Below are positions 37,831 to 50,460 of a DNA stretch of 64,000 bases, piece by piece (positions within the stretch are counted from its first letter, which is position 1; every line of letters starts with the position of its first letter). The DNA is from Octopus bimaculoides (Eukaryota). Where the stretch lies: the NCBI RefSeq assembly GCF_001194135.2, contig NC_068983.1, positions 11,784,798 to 11,848,797 of the forward strand. The letters are read 5' to 3'. Position numbers and translations under genes: made by a program. The notes under the pieces are model-generated. The model did not search any database. It worked only from the letters and a program-made list of their open reading frames with translations, and was not told where the DNA came from.

Positions 37831-39324
37831 AGCCACCCATCCAGCCAGCCAGGCTAGTTCGGATTAAGACCTACCGAGACCCTAGCCTAACCCTTAAAAG
37901 ATTTTGGTACCCCCATAAAAGATTATGCAATTCAAAATATAAACAATGACAAACCATAAAATAAATTTTTCTTTTTCTGAACAAAACAAAACAGTAAGAG
38001 GCAAAATAATATTTATTTTTGTATACTTCCATTTTATTTATATTTGGAAAGTTTCCTCCTACTTTTTTGAATTGCAAACACTTTGATCAGATCTTCAAAA
38101 TTAAAAGAGCACTCCGTCGGTTACGACGATGAAGGTCCCAGCTAATACGATTAACGGAACAGCTTGCTCGTGAAATTAACGTACAAGTGACTGAGCAATC
38201 CCCAGACGCGTGTACCCCTAACGTAGATCTCAGGAAATGCAGGTACTACTCATTTTTGCCAGCTGAGCGGACTGGAGCAACGTGAAATAAAGTGTCTTCA
38301 AAATTAATCTTAAGTAACACATCTGCATCTATACTTAATAGAGATAAAGGCATCCTGAATATTATTTTAGTAAGTTTAAAGTGATTTTTTTGTGTGCCGT
38401 AAACCATTTACCATTTCTGTGGTGCCCTTCTCCTTCTCTTTATGTTCTAATTACGTGCTTATTTTGCTTAATGGTTAATCCAGCACTCCATCTATCCATC
38501 CATCATCTAGAGAGTGGAAGAAGAAAGGAAAAAGAAAGACTGAAAGAGATACGTGTGCGTGTTTTTTTTTTAATTGCTCATTATATTTCGTAATTTGTCA
38601 TTTGTCTCTCGTTTATAAATATACATTATCAAAATAATGGTGTTCGCCAGCGTACATTGGTACACTTATTTCCTTGGGCAAATAAATGAATAATAATTAT
38701 TATTATTAATATTATCATCATTAAAATATTAAAGGTGTGTAGGAACAAGAAATTACACAAATTTTCCTGATTGTCAAGCCGACTATCGTATTAAGCACAA
38801 GCAATAAAATAACAAGGGAAATAATACGAGTAAAGGGAAGTAATTCGCTTTAATTAATTAATATCTGGTAAAGTTATCTCCCATAGTTTTAACGCGCTGT
38901 AGCAATTATAATCCTTTCTGTTATAGGCACGAGGCCTGAAGTTTGTGATGAGTGGGTAAGTCGATTCCATCGAAACCATGAAACTTTATCGACCCCGAAA
39001 GGATGAAAGATAAAGTCGACCTTAGTGGTATCTGAACTTAGAATCTAAAGACGGACGAAATACCGTTAAGCATTTTGTCCGGCGCTGTAACGATTCCGCC
39101 AGCTCACAATCTTACTGTAGCAATTATAATGCTCAAGACTTTTACAATGGCGAACTGTTAAATTGTAACGCTCATATATTTTTAATAAAGTTTAATTGTA
39201 ATGTAAATTATAATGTTTAAACTGAAAATAGAAGCCAGTACTCATTGCCGTTTTACCATTTACTGAGAATGAATTTACTTGGTAAATTTTAGAACCTTTA
39301 TATTCAACGGATGGCATGGCTGTG

Positions 39325-39648
39325 TGATAAGGAGCACTCCGTCGGTTACGACGACGAGGGTCCCAGCTGATACGATCAACGGAACAGCTTTCTCGTGAAA
39401 TTAAGTGAGTGAGCAATCTACAGACACGTGTACCCTTAACGTAGTTCTCAGGGAGATTCAGCGTGACACAGAGTGTGACAAGAATGGCCCTTTGAAATAC
39501 AGGTACTACTCATTTTTGCCAGCTGAGTGGACTGGAGCAACGTGAAACAAAATGTCTTGCTCAAGGATACAACGCGTCGCCGGGAATTGAACTCACGACC
39601 TTACGATCGTGAGCCGGATGCTCTTAACCACTAAGCCACGCGCCTTCA
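39325..39648 (-). mobile_element. SINE with family D head and family B tail
   Basis: Head GTGAAGGCGCGTGGCTTAGTGGTTAAGAGCATCC..GAGTTCAATTCCC. Tail ..CTACGTTAAGGGTACACGTG..CGTCGTAACCGACGGAGTGC is near-identical to the family B tail. A deleted copy is at 38105-38300. Confidence 0.8.
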
Positions 39649-39854
39649 CTGTGTGATAAGTAGCTTGCTTACAAACCACAAGGTTCCAGGTTCAGTCTCG
39701 CTGCGTGGCACCTTAGGCAAGTGTCTTCCACTACAGCCTCGGGTCTACCAAAGCCTTGTGAGTGGATTTAGTATACGGAAACTGAAAGAAGCCCGTCGTA
39801 GATATGTATGTGTGTGTGTGTGTGTGCGTGCGCGTGTGTGCGTGTGTGTGTGTA

Positions 39855-39894
<40 letters not shown>

Positions 39895-40891
39895 TGTATT
39901 TGTCCCCCCACCATCGTGTGACAACCGATGTTAGTGTGTTTACGTCCCCGTAACTTAGCAGTTCGGCAAAACAGACCGATAGAATAAGTACGAAGGTTTA
40001 AAAAAAAAGGTAAGTACTGGGGTTGATTTATACAACTAAAATTTCTCCATGACGGTGCCCCAGCATAGCCACTGTCTAATGACAGAAACAAGTAAAAGAT
40101 ATAAACTTTTGGTAAGCTATCTCATTACAAGTTTAAAAGAGTGACTGGTGAGAAGCATCTGGAAAGAAATGGTTGTCGGAACATCTTGAAATACCTGTGT
40201 TTGCTTAATTTGTGTCTTGTCAAGTAAGAAAGTACCGCAGAAAACCTGTTATAGAAAGGCATCTGATTCTATTCTCCTTCTCATTCATGACTAGTGAAGT
40301 CACTGCTCTTTTTAAAACTAGCTACCACCTCTGTTGCTGGCATTAAAAGGTTTTTACAAGTACCATTTTGATTTAGGTCTCTTAAAAGACCTGGTCATTA
40401 ATTCTAAAACTTGTAACTGAATTTAGGAAAATTATGTCTGACGTGATAAATATTTCAAGAAGAAACCTCTACCTATGTTTATTTTGACAGTAAACAATTA
40501 TAATTTCTTTTCACACAAATGCAATGTTTATGGTTACAGCAGCAAGCAATACTTATGTAGTGTTATGTATAACTATAATATAACGAAGGGTGAGAACTTA
40601 CCCTATATTTTCCGAAGGTGGCGAGATAAACGTTTGACAACGACCGTTTGGCAGAAGGGTCGGACCGTTCACCACCTACTTTGAAATAATTGAGACTGGA
40701 CATAATCTCCATCTATGAACATTTACTTCCCTGTTTGAACACTTTGTTGTTGCGATCAGAAGTTTACCCCTTTTTCTTATATTATAATTTGTCTGATCGT
40801 AACAGTAGCCTATAATTCCTTTGTGGCTACTCCAAATATCTGTATTAGTTATTAACCTAAAGAATGGTTGGTGATTGAAGATGTTCTATAT

Positions 40892-41234
40892 CAGTGGTTC
40901 TCAACCATTTTTTTTATCCATGAACCCCTTTGATTACTATTTTATTCTAGTGGACCCCAAAGCCATTCAATGTTTAAAAACTAGTTACATAGATGCTTCT
41001 TTCAAAATTCATATTTTCTTATTCACACATTGACTTGTGTAGGTTGGACTGTGTAAAACATTGGAGGAAGAAGCCTAACCTTTTCTTCCAATAAATATAT
41101 CCAAAGTAACATTTTTTTAAATGGACCCTTAAAATACTACTGTGGATCCCCGATTTATTATTTTGCTTGCGTGGGCCCCCAAAAGTCTTACATGGATCTC
41201 CAGGGGTCGTATGGACCCCGGTTGAGAACCATTG
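40892..41234. mobile_element. hAT-type MITE
   Basis: TIRs CAGTGGTTCTCAACC / GGTTGAGAACCATTG. The internal sequence is the reverse complement of 23361-23688. Confidence 0.8.
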
Positions 41235-41569
41235 TTCTTGGTAATTAAAATTCTGAAGCCGGTTAAATAATTGCGAACAAATATCTGTAAGATGCACATA
41301 TCTGCTTAGATATGTGCATCTATGTATGCATATGTATGTACACGCATGTGCATTTTGTTATTGATTGATTTTTCTTAACAAACGGCAGAATCCTTACCGC
41401 ACATTTCTGAGCTCAAATGTCAACGAAGTCGACTTCACCTTTCATTTCTTCAGGATTGTTAAAATAAGTACAAGTCGAGCACTGGCGTCGATGTAATCGA
41501 TTTCTCTATTTCCTCAAAATTGCTGGCCTTGTGCTAAAATTAGAAAGAATTATTTTGATTCTTTGATAG

Positions 41570-42760
41570 ACGAGAGACGTGAGCAACTTTTCTCTTCCTC
41601 CAGCAAAGGACTCGATCCGAAACGTGATGAAATTCTTCTCCCAGCATCACACAAACTTTAAAAAATTAATACTTTACCAACAAAAGCAATCTTTGCCAAT
41701 GAAAGACCATCAAGAATTTTCTTGGATTCTGTCTGTCTTTTTTTTTTTAAACCTGTTACGTACCATATTCTGCAAACCGATACCACAACCATGCCTAATC
41801 GATAATATTTTACTCTTCAAAATAAAAAGACTGCTTCTGCAGCTACGTACAACTTGTAGGACGGTCTTTGCCGTGACATCCTGCCACGCAGTCTTCTGTC
41901 TCCAATTACTCCACCAACAACCCTTTCAAAAATAGAGATAGAAGCTACTCGACTGATGAACATAAAATCGCTACCTCAAAAACTATCTCCGACCGCAATC
42001 TTCTGCTCATTTGCTAGCCTTTTACTTCATCCACACTTAATATCCTCTTATCTACTGTGATCACAATCGCAATGTATCTACCTCACTTAGACCCTGAGTG
42101 ACCCCCACCCTTAATAGAAGCTTAAACTTTATCATATATCCAAGGGAAGTTAAGCGAGTTCAACATGTCCCGAGTGCGGCCTCTGTCGAACCAAACTAAA
42201 GGACTTCTTTAATTTCAGAAGCTTGAAACCACGACGACAGAGGACTTTACCAATGTTAAAAGACATCACTATGGCAAGGCGACGACAAATCTGGTCCTAC
42301 AAAAGCTGATTGAACTATTTGACAGCAAGTACCATTTTGATTTAAATCTCTTAATTTTTACAAGTGGCACAAATTAAACATTACCCCATCGGAACTTTAC
42401 GATCTCCAGAAGAAGTGACCTCATAACGAGTCATGGTTGCTGTCTTTTCCTCCTAACTAAAAGATATAAAAGAAAACTGCTCCATTGGGTAACTCGACAA
42501 ATTGTGGTCATTCCGTTGTTTACGCTTTGATATCACACTAACCACATCATAAACACTTTCAACTCGTGCTCATTTCTCTGGTACTCTAAAATATTTTTCT
42601 TCCTCTTGGACGTTGAATCACTGTACGTAATCATCCCCAACATCTCGCTGAAACCAACCGCGTTCTCATTTGCGTCTTCTTCTTTGATGAGTCTTACAAG
42701 TAATTCAGTGGGGTTGCTATGGGCACTAAAATGAACCCCAATTACGCCAACATATATAAG
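41570..42760 (-). pseudogene. Possible highly decayed Gypsy gag-like remnant
   Basis: Higher-GC, non-repetitive block. Minus-strand fragments KYFRVPEK*ARVESVYDVVS and TRYEVTSSGDRKVP loosely recall the Gypsy gag pattern (A..VY...S; RYE.T...R.KF). Many stops. Confidence 0.25.
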
Positions 42761-43434
42761 TGCTGATTTAACAGATACGATTGGCAGAACATATTTGATG
42801 TTATTGCAAGTATCTAGTAGACAATATATTATACATGTGGTATATTCCCGCGATAAAATCTCTTTTCCTTTCCTGTCCTAGGCCGCATTTGTAAAATGCT
42901 TTATATGCAGTATATAGTTAAACAGCTTAAGCCTTTGTATTAAATCTATCTATCTATCTATCTATCTATCTACCCCCCTCTCTCTCTCTCTGACACACAC
43001 ACACAATCATTCTTTTATTGTTTTACTTGTTTCAGTTATTGAGCTGTGAGCATACTCGGGTGCCGTCTTCAAATTTTAGTCGAAATCAGTGTCGAACCCC
43101 AACATTTTATATCTGATACTTATAATTACGAGCACCAATTTGTGACAGAAAACAGAAGCAGACCAATTGATACGACTGGAAACTTATCTGTATATCGCTG
43201 ACAAAGCAACTACGTCACGTTGTACACTGCGAAACATTTCTTTCTGTCTTTCTTTCTTTCTTTCCTTCTTTCTTTGTTTCTTTCACTCTCTACCCTCCCC
43301 TCCCTTACCTCCCTCTCTCTCTATCTCTATGAAATTAGGTACATAAATCTATTATTTCTGCTATTTTTAACTACGTCATTTATTTTCAATACAAGGTAAC
43401 TGAATACTCACTTAGCATAATGCAATTTAACCTG

Positions 43435-43502
<68 letters not shown>

Positions 43503-44164
43503 CAAGCATGTATGCATGTATACATGTACATATATATATATATGCATGCAGATATATACATAGACATATGTATAAATGTATGCATGCATATATGTGTACA
43601 CTGATGTACGTGGACGTATTATAATAATTTTCTAGTCTTAGTCGTAATTGCTTCTTGTTTCTGAGATATACAACTTTATAATAACCGTGTCTGGGACATG
43701 ATTCATAGCAATAAAAATATTGTTCACTCTTCAAATCTTATTGAAGAATACGTATACAAACATCAAATCCATTGTGGAAATATAAACAGTGCATGAGTAC
43801 TGTTAAGGTTGTATAGTAAAAAAAATTCTCTTTGTAAGTTCGTGGTCTCAGGTTCGATCCCGCTTGAAAGCAACTACGTTACATTTTACACTACGTGAGT
43901 AGTATAATCTTATTTGGTAGATGAAATTTAGTTGTGTGCAACTTCCTAGGTGGTAGAAATGACCTCTCACACGGTTTAACATCACTTGGCTCTAGTGTCT
44001 GAATGAGACGATTTGGTGCAGATGTTTAGGCAGAGACGATTTGAAACGGCTGACTGGACATGAAGTCTATTTTGGTGACAGTACTTTTGGGCGCTGGAGG
44101 TAAATACACATACGAATGCGCACGCAGAAATATACACGCAGCGACAAAGAGAATGAGCGAGTGC

Positions 44165-44206
44165 AGAGAGGGAGAGAGAGATAGAGATAGAGAGAGATAG
44201 AGATAA

Positions 44207-44297
<91 letters not shown>
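44165..44297. repeat. (GA)n/(GATA)n microsatellite
   Basis: Read directly. A similar (GA)n lies at 62968-63073. Confidence 0.95.
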
Positions 44298-45783
44298 NNN
44301 NNNNNNNNNNNNNNNNNNNNNNNNNNNNNNNNNNNNNNNNNNNNNNNNNNNNNNNNNNNNNNNNNNNNNNNNNNNNNNNNNNNNNNNNNNNNNNNNNNNN
44401 NNNNNNNNNNNNNNNNNNNNNNNNNNNNNNNNNNNNNNNNNNNNNNNNNNNNNNNNNNNNNNNNNNNNNNNNNNNNNNNNNNNNNNNNNNNNNNNNNNNN
44501 NNNNNNNNNNNNNNNNNNNNNNNNNNNNNNNNNNNNNNNNNNNNNNNNNNNNNNNNNNNNNNNNNNNNNNNNNNNNNNNNNNNNNNNNNNNNNNNNNNNN
44601 NNNNNNNNNNNNNNNNNNNNNNNNNNNNNNNNNNNNNNNNNNNNNNNNNNNNNNNNNNNNNNNNNNNNNNNNNNNNNNNNNNNNNNNNNNNNNNNNNNNN
44701 NNNNNNNNNNNNNNNNNNNNNNNNNNNNNNNNNNNNNNNNNNNNNNNNNNNNNNNNNNNNNNNNNNNNNNNNNNNNNNNNNNNNNNNNNNNNNNNNNNNN
44801 NNNNNNNNNNNNNNNNNNNNNNNNNNNNNNNNNNNNNNNNNNNNNNNNNNNNNNNNNNNNNNNNNNNNNNNNNNNNNNNNNNNNNNNNNNNNNNNNNNNN
44901 NNNNNNNNNNNNNNNNNNNNNNNNNNNNNNNNNNNNNNNNNNNNNNNNNNNNNNNNNNNNNNNNNNNNNNNNNNNNNNNNNNNNNNNNNNNNNNNNNNNN
45001 NNNNNNNNNNNNNNNNNNNNNNNNNCTTCTGACTAAATTATAAAGATTAAAAAAAGTAAGAAATATATCGAATTCCACCGAACAGTAAGGGAAAGTTAAT
45101 AAATATTTTTCTAGGAGTTTTTGGAAAATTCCATTTTCACAAATACATATATTTGAAAAATTTACGCGGAAAATGAAAACACGAAAAGAATTTAGAGACT
45201 ACTGACTCAAGTTCACTTCAGTTTATTTTCCTTGCGTACAGCAGAAAACAGATTACAAACTGTTGTGAGAACAATATAACACAGTAGTAGATAAAACAAT
45301 GCTCATCAAATGGCAATAATAACAGACAATAAGCGCTTTTTTAAAAACATTGATTCAAAGATGATGCATTTTAAACAATTGATTTATTTAGCATAAGCAT
45401 TTGACTGACGTTGAATCTTTTGCAGAATCGTTTGACTGACAGAATCGTTTGCAAGCTGGACAAAATGCCTAGCGGTATTTGTTACAGCCGTTTTCTGTGA
45501 GTTCTGCTTTGCCGTTCATCCTTTCAGGGTTGATCAATATGAAGTATTAGTCAAGAATGATAGTTTGATGGAATTATTAGAACTTTGGGATCTTTATTGC
45601 TTTCGCCACTGCTTGCAGTTTTGTTCCAATTGTTTTCAAATTTGGAATATGGATTAAATTTTGTACACTACGAAAATGAAATTAATTTTCTCTATAAATC
45701 CGTAATTAAAAAGTTATTAGCCTTTAAAGCTTGCAAAATTTGGGTATTTTAACCAATTAAAAGCGAGTATTTTACACATCACC

Positions 45784-46035
45784 GTGGCGAAGAACTCTGT
45801 TTCCATAGTAACCAAAGAAGCTGTGTATGCGCACAAGGAATGTCACCACCAAATTGAGTGTAATCAACAAATTGAGAGTACCCGGGCATCTTTCAAGCCT
45901 GGAAATAAACGCCGGCGTGGGATACACCGTTCTATGGTTGGCTCTTATCTTTGTGAATTTATGTGGAGAAGGAAATATGTGAAATATAATTTATTTTATA
46001 AAATCTTAGAGCGTATTGCAAACTTTCGCTCTTGA
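45784..46035 (+). pseudogene. Merlin/IS1595(ISXO2)-like transposase C-terminal fragment
   Basis: NQQIESTRASFKPGNKRRRGIHRSMVGSYLCEFMWRRKY matches the ISXO2/Merlin C-terminal pattern N.IE..W...K.....G......YL.EF.WR. Confidence 0.7.
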
Positions 46036-46070
46036 AATTTTTTAGTTAATAAAGGTCTGTTTAAAGCACT

Positions 46071-46492
46071 GTTTTGATTGTTATTTCTAGCAACTCCTGT
46101 TGGTTTGCTCGTATCTTTTGAATATTTAATTTGCTCGCGAATGTTTTTCACTGTTTACTTTGATCGTGTATATTTTAATGTTTTGACTGTTATTTCTAGA
46201 AACTCCTGTTGGTTTATTCGTAGCTTTTAAATATTTAATTTGCTCTCGAATGTTTTAATGTTAACATTGCTCGCGTACATTTTAATGTTTTGACTGTTAT
46301 TTCTAACAACTCCTGTTGGTTTCTTCGGAGCTTTTAAATATTTAATTTGCTTGCAAATGTTTCAATGTTAACTTTGCTCGTGTATATTCTAATGTTTTGA
46401 TTGTTATTTCTAGCAACTCCTGTTGGTTTGTTCGTAGCTTTTAAATATTTAATTTGCTCGCGAATGTTTTCATGTTTTTCAGTTTACTTTAG
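46071..46492 (+). repeat. Tandem repeat, 4 copies of 107-109 bp
   Basis: Units start GTTTTGA(T/C)TGTTATTTCTA at 46071, 46180, 46287 and 46394. Confidence 0.9.
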
Positions 46493-47310
46493 CTCGATGC
46501 CACCCCCCCCNNNNNNNNNNNNNNNNNNNNNNNNNNNNNNNCCCCCCCCCACCCCACCGTCCCGATGATGAAAGAGGCAGCGAACGCGCTGTTTTCTGAT
46601 TGGCTGAAAATTCTGAAAATTGTCAAACTTTGAACACCTGTAACATTTTTCTGGAATAAATGAATAACAAATTCGGATTCAGCGTCAAAAATTACATCTA
46701 TATGATACATTAAATTTTTTTTTAAAGGTGATTGTATACAGTGACGAAAACCACAATTTCTGAACTTTGGACAAAATGCCTTGTGGCATTTCTTCCCTTC
46801 CTTTTTTTTTTACATTCTGAGCTCACCTGCAACGATACTAACCCTACTCTTAACCGGTTTATGCTTTTCTCTTGGACAGCATCGTCCAAGATGTGAGAGC
46901 AGCATTCTCACTCTCAGAGAAAATATAGCAGGCCATTTAAATGGCAAATGACAGATGTCTTTACGATAGGTGAGTATTGTGGAGTAGTGCTCCGATTTTA
47001 CTGGTCTGATTCAAAGATTTGATTCCACTTCTTCCTAAAATTCATCTCACTTCACATATTGTGACTTCAGTGCATTAGAAAACTGTACGAACATAAGCAT
47101 TCACTTTGTACCACAATAATGAATTTATCTTTTCATTAAACACATGTTCGAGAGGGTAAATGAGTACAGTTGAAAAAAAACACCAGGATATCTAAAGGAA
47201 ATATCATTTGCTATCATATCTTACGTTAGATATCATACTTCACATCAACTTTACATATCTAATAAAAACCTTTTCGTTTGATAGAGTTTTATTTCATGCC
47301 CTTTTGGAAA

Positions 47311-49479
47311 TTAGAAACTTTTGGAAGATTTTATTGCTCCCAAGTAAGAGATTGCAGTATGCTTGCATGAAGATTCACTTGAATTTATAGTTGTGAAAAA
47401 ACTGACTTTATTTTGAAACTGTCGATATACTTTTCTTGAAAACAGATAGGAACAACCCACAAAAAATCCTTGGAACGACGTAAAAAGAACTGAAATATAG
47501 CGCAGTAATTCTATTTGAGTAAAAGTGTATAATATCGAGACTAACCAGTTAATTCCTAAAATGAAATAAAGCTTAAAGAAGACGATAAACGTATTCTTAT
47601 CGCTCTTTGAAAGACAGCGCTTTGTGAATTTATTTGCTAAATAGATAGCTCGGAATGTAAAAGTGAAGAATATAGTATTCATTATTAATATTATAATTAA
47701 TGGCAAGCCAAAGAAAATTAACAGAGCAAGTCTTTTGTTGAACCAACATAAGGAATCACCATAAGCGGGAGAGAATACAGAATCAGATTGGAGGTATTGA
47801 GTTACTCCTGCGCCAGCGACAATTGTTACTGGACTTAACCAAGCATAAACCATATAGAACTTAAATGAACGATTACTTCGATCAGTAATCGATAGAATTT
47901 GCTTTCTGGAAAACGTTTGCCAAGAATCAAAAGCCATTATATTCATCCAACAAAATGAAACCAGATAGGTGTAATGAGCAATTATTGCAAATGTTCGGCA
48001 CAAAAAATGGCCGGGCAGTTCTTTAATTATATTTGCAAGTAAGAATACAAGATTTGCCAGAAATAGTGATGCCATTAGATTCATAGCCATTTTACCCGGA
48101 AGATTTCGTAATGTGCTAAAATAACAATAAACTGAAAATGCTATAAATAAAGTTGGGATTGAGAATACGAAACCAGTAATAGAAAGGTACTTCTCAGATT
48201 CGGTAATTTTAGATGCCATCTTCAGGTTTATTCCAGATTCATTTCCAAATGAAAAATAGTGTTTTAAGCAAATGAAAGATCCGTCTTGCTGCATATAAAA
48301 CTGGGATTTATTGATCGATTTATCGAGATGCTTTAAATAAATCGAATCATTTAAATCGACATATTCATTTTCTTGGAGTTTCAGTAACGTGCAGTTTATT
48401 TTCAGAATAGTTTGCGTTTCTCTGCAGGCTTCGGTATATAGATCAAAGACTTCATTTGCTCCACATTTCTGAGGCGTTCCCACGTTTAGGCCCCTAAAAT
48501 CAACTAAATGATGAAGGAAGTAGAAATTATTTTCAAAACACGACACATTATTTATCATTGCATTGTTACACAACGCACAAAATATGTTTTTGAAAACTCT
48601 ATTATCTTTGTGCTTAACCGGACGGAAGGGATTATTTAGACAAAAAGAACGAACATCGCCAGACCCATATGAAGGACACGTTCTTATATAATTATGGCAT
48701 CCTCGTAAACTTTTGTTTTTTATCGAATAATTCAAGGATGACATACGACAGTTCATATTTTTATGTAGTTTTTCAGTCAATTTTGAATCAGTTAGATATT
48801 TTACAGCGTGTGCGTCAGGTTGTGTTTGGTTTTCCATGTTATAAGATGTCCATTTACATTCAATCAACACCGTTGAACTAAGAATATCTTGAACATTGTG
48901 ACAAATCGCACAGTAAACATTTGTAAATAACACGTATCCTCCCAGTATTTCACCGATAACTGGTGAAACAGTGATTGTATTTGTTTGAGTGCCTGGCTGT
49001 TCACAAAAGTTTTTCACTACAGTATTATTGTAATCATATGGACAAGCAATGATTCTGTATACATAACTCCTCTGCTTACCTGGGTCAGGTATACATTCAA
49101 AGATATTCTTAGGCCATGGTTTAACTGCCTCTGATTTATTTATATCATTCATCATATTATCTGCAATATTGTTTTTAATTACATCTTCACAACAGTCTGA
49201 GAATACATGACAGAGTCGGTCACAGAAGCAAAGTTTTTCTTCACGAGTATCATTATTTAAGGAACAAGACCATTTTTTATTGCACTCTGTAATGTTAATA
49301 AAGTCATCAATTTCTTCCCACAAAGATTCATTATTTTTTATTGATGCTGACGTTGTATTCCTTGGAGAATAAAATCTTTTTGGGTAGGTGATGGTCAGAG
49401 AATGATAATTTGATTTGATAAATCTTTGACGAAATAATATGAAAAAAAAAACAAGCATATTCCTTTTAACTGCAATCAT
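47311..49479 (-). CDS. Class B-like (Methuselah/adhesion-like) GPCR with SMB-like and Cys-rich ectodomain, single coding exon
   Basis: Intact 722-aa ORF: N-terminal hydrophobic stretch, SMB-like CFCDRLCHVFSDCCED, two C..C..PV..FxNx(Y/F)CAxC modules, and seven hydrophobic segments with secretin-family motifs (LRNLPGK, C..FA...HY.YL..F.WM, Y..YAW..P, CW, P....L..N..FF, LGI.W, ..QG.F). A polypyrimidine tract plus CAG acceptor lies about 40 nt upstream of the ATG. Confidence 0.93.
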   Translation of the reverse strand: MIAVKRNMLVFFFILFRQRFIKSNYHSLTITYPKRFYSPRNTTSASIKNNESLWEEIDDFINITECNKKWSCSLNNDTREEKLCFCDRLCHVFSDCCEDVIKNNIADNMMNDINKSEAVKPWPKNIFECIPDPGKQRSYVYRIIACPYDYNNTVVKNFCEQPGTQTNTITVSPVIGEILGGYVLFTNVYCAICHNVQDILSSTVLIECKWTSYNMENQTQPDAHAVKYLTDSKLTEKLHKNMNCRMSSLNYSIKNKSLRGCHNYIRTCPSYGSGDVRSFCLNNPFRPVKHKDNRVFKNIFCALCNNAMINNVSCFENNFYFLHHLVDFRGLNVGTPQKCGANEVFDLYTEACRETQTILKINCTLLKLQENEYVDLNDSIYLKHLDKSINKSQFYMQQDGSFICLKHYFSFGNESGINLKMASKITESEKYLSITGFVFSIPTLFIAFSVYCYFSTLRNLPGKMAMNLMASLFLANLVFLLANIIKELPGHFLCRTFAIIAHYTYLVSFCWMNIMAFDSWQTFSRKQILSITDRSNRSFKFYMVYAWLSPVTIVAGAGVTQYLQSDSVFSPAYGDSLCWFNKRLALLIFFGLPLIIILIMNTIFFTFTFRAIYLANKFTKRCLSKSDKNTFIVFFKLYFILGINWLVSILYTFTQIELLRYISVLFTSFQGFFVGCSYLFSRKVYRQFQNKVSFFTTINSSESSCKHTAISYLGAIKSSKSF

Positions 49480-49521
49480 TTCTATGCTGAAATCAGTCTC
49501 ACTTTACTGGGAAAGAACCTT

Positions 49522-49565
49522 CTGGAAGAAAATTGAACTGAAAAAGAAATAAAATACAAATAAAT
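49522..49565 (-). other. Putative 3' splice site upstream of the GPCR start codon
   Basis: Minus strand TTTATTTGTATTTTATTTCTTTTTCAGTTCAATTTTCTTCCAG|AAGG. This implies an upstream non-coding exon. Confidence 0.5.
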
Positions 49566-50174
49566 AAATTATAAGTACAAAACCCCTTACTTTCTTCTTC
49601 AGTCTTTTTCTATAGGCTCAGTGCCCGAAACTTACATTTGAGGCGAACCCTCTTTTTACATTAAAACTACTGATTAATTAATCTCCCTCTCTCTCTCTCT
49701 ATCCATTATTTCTATACGTTCGTAAATATTTCTAAAGAAAGATGAATCCAAATAAGACGACGAAGTTTTATTTTATAACAGTATAAAAATCGATGAAAAG
49801 AGAGAAAAGAAAAAAAGTTACACAATATTTCGCAAGAAGTTATTGTTCAGAGAGATGTTGTTAAGAAAAAGTACTGTCTAGTTATAAATAAGTGAATCAA
49901 TTCTCCAGAAAAATAATCATTTTTCATTAACGCTATCCTTTTTCAACTCAATCAATTGTATCTTCTTGTGTTCCGTGCTGGAAACCAATTTAAAATGTGT
50001 TGTTGCAGTAATAAAATACGGAAAATATGGCATGTCACTCATTCTATTTTGAATTATGGATATAATGCAAAATCTTGATGGAAAACGAGCAGAAAGGAAA
50101 CACTAACAGTAAAGAATAGGGAGAGTAAAAAAATGAGTATTATAATGGAGTGAGGAAATCAAGAAACAAAGTTC

Positions 50175-50232
<58 letters not shown>

Positions 50233-50460
50233 TAATAATGATGATAATAATAATAATATTTCCTACTGGAAGCACAAGGCCTCAAATTTGGGGAAAAGAT
50301 TAAGTCGATTAGATCGAGCCCAGAGCGTAACTGTGACTTATTTAATCGAACCCCGAATGGATGAAAGGCAAAGTCGACCTCGGCGGAATTTAAACTCAGA
50401 ACGTAAAAACGGACGAAATGCCTGCTAAGCATCTTGTCCGGCGTGCTAACGAAGTACCAA

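Noticed and set aside
43195-43245. CTGACAA AGCA...TGC GAAA CATT, a hammerhead-like spacing
   Set aside because: The core is mutated and there is no stem I pairing, so it is indistinguishable from chance.
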